Shown here piece after piece: positions 61,984 through 64,000 of a DNA stretch of 64,000 bases. This stretch comes from Eledone cirrhosa. Its lineage: Eukaryota. Under the pieces are notes generated by a model. That model had not been told where the DNA came from. It did not search any database and was given only the letters and a program-made list of their open reading frames with translations. Numbering within the stretch: position 1 is the first letter of the stretch; every line of letters begins with the position of its first letter. The position numbers were made by a program, and so were the translations under genes. The stretch covers positions 171,244,001 through 171,308,000 of the forward strand of contig OZ024740.1 in assembly GCA_964016885.1 (NCBI GenBank), in the 5' to 3' direction.

Positions 61984-64000
61984 TGTATTATAAGTCTTGT
62001 AAGTATTTTAAGTAGTGATGATATCACATCTACCTACCTCAGTACAAGTGTAGATCACAAGACTATATATATATTATACATAAACATAATGAAAATGGAT
62101 GCATATATATCTTAATTCTATCTCACAAATATGTGTAAGATCCCTCCAATCCATAAGGGAATTTTCTTAAATATTTATATTCTTTGTCTCACTGGGAGCC
62201 CTGATTGATGTGCCTGTAACCTGGTTTGAGCTCACAGCTTATTTGGGGGAAATGTGTGTATGTATGTCTGAAGTTTTATGTAAGAAGTGATGATTAATAT
62301 TTTCCCCTTTATTTCCTCTTTTTTCAAATTTAAAGGTGGTTCTCATTAATTAAATACTTAAGTGAAGCAACTCCATATACAGTCAGTCTCCTTAAAATGA
62401 TAAGGGTGTGTAAGTTTAAAAGGGCAATTGTTGCCAGGGGCTATATTAAACTATACAGCTGATACTAAGTTTTCAGTAATTTGATAGGGAAACAAGCTAG
62501 AGCTGTGCTCTGGTAGAAGATAAAGGAATGGGAATTGATAATGTTTAGCATGTTATCCCAAGTAGTTTATTATATTGTTTGATTAAGGTATATGGATTTT
62601 CAAGAATTATTTCTTGTATAATGATATACAATCTAATTTTTATTTCATAAGTTGTACAATCACTTGCAGTTCATTTCCAATTCTGACATTCATCATCATC
62701 ACCATCATAATCTTCATTTTAATTCTCCAACCATATAAAGGAAAGTTCTCTTTGTGTAATGTTTATTTTAATTAATTTTGTAAGCTCCTTTAAAATTACT
62801 GAAATGTTTATTCTATTTCATTTTGTTTTAACAACCAGCATTTTAAGGTCATTTTCCCATGACAAGCTTCTCTATATTACTCTATCTTCTGCATCTCTCT
62901 CACCAACCTCATGGCTTTTATTTTTTTCATTTAACAGTAAACATATATTAGATTATTTTATTTCTTTTGCTTCTTATACCTTAGTTATTTATATTTTATT
63001 TGAAGACATTTTCTTTATTTATTTCTATATAATGTAGACTTGTATGAGATACCTCCAGCATGGTTCAGAATTAACGTTTTTCTTTCTCATATTCAAAATT
63101 TCAAGGTTTCAGTTTACTTTATTTCTGGGCAAAATGTAATAACTTTCACTGCAGCTATGTTCATTTGTAATACTCCTTGCTGTGAAAAGAAATTTTTCAT
63201 TGTTGGTTAAGTGATTTTGTTGAAAAGATATCTTTGCCTCAGATCACTGTTACTTATTCTACAGTTATTACAATAGGTCCATGGATTCCACATTTATGTT
63301 TCACCAAATCACACCTAATACAAGAGTTCTTTCATACTTTTGTTTTTATATTACTTGGAAAGAGTAAGTTAACTTTGGTGTAAATCAGGTTTATTTACAC
63401 AAGGAAAGATCAAATGCAATAATCTTTTGTACATTCTATTGTTGTATGCCACTGTTGCATGTAGAATACAATTGACTTCTCCAATCACCTCAGCCTCACT
63501 ATTGCATCCCTGTTTCATTTATTTATATCTCTTTTATTCCTATCTTATATTGGGATGTATACTTGGCTAAGATAGTTTTCAGTGATTTTTACATTACCCA
63601 TGCAAGGAATTTGATAATTCATAATATATCATTGCAACCTATCCAATATATAACATTTGTTCTTTTTACATCAGCTTCCTTAGAGAATGTAACTATTGCA
63701 GTTAAAATCAACTAATGTAGGTGTTGTTAGGTAGCCAGCATAAAAGCTCCCAAGTTAGCTTTTACAAGCTTCATGATCTATAGCAATAAGTGAGGGATAG
63801 TTTTCATTGGTTTATAGAATGCTTTTACATTACTGCTTCTTAGCAAGAAACGAACAAATCATTTGAAATAACTGTGATGGTGTGAGGAGGATTCTAGCTT
63901 ACTTGCTTCTTTTTAATTTCTCCAGCATTTAATACATATAAATATGAGGTAAGCTTTCATTTCATTTCAGTTTTCTGCTAAATTTAAAGATTGAATTTCA

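Overview
Eukaryotic (metazoan) genomic DNA, very AT-rich. The repeat inventory (tRNA-derived Meta- and CORE-type SINEs, RTE LINEs with (CAT)n tails, very long (TA)n tracts) resembles an octopus/cephalopod assembly; this taxon call is inference. There is no intact protein-coding gene, and almost all long ORFs are microsatellite artefacts. The left ~33 kb is (TA)n/(CA)n microsatellite densely packed with insertions: SINEs, a decayed mariner, Helitron ends, a Tx1-like LINE, RTE LINEs and many short elements carrying hammerhead ribozyme (HHR) motifs. A CpG-containing promoter-like region with a probable first coding exon lies at ~33.3-36 kb. The right ~28 kb looks like CpG-poor intron with decayed RTE, Penelope-like, hAT-Buster, pogo-type and TTAA-type elements. 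The main discovery is a 2.2-kb tandem array (8901-11118) of ~467-bp units, each holding a type I minimal hammerhead on the minus strand (retrozyme- or Penelope-LTR-like). It is accompanied by several other HHR families that occur as fold-back palindromes or inverted repeats inserted in microsatellites, several of which share a 3' tail motif. Coordinates were counted by eye and may be off by a few bases.
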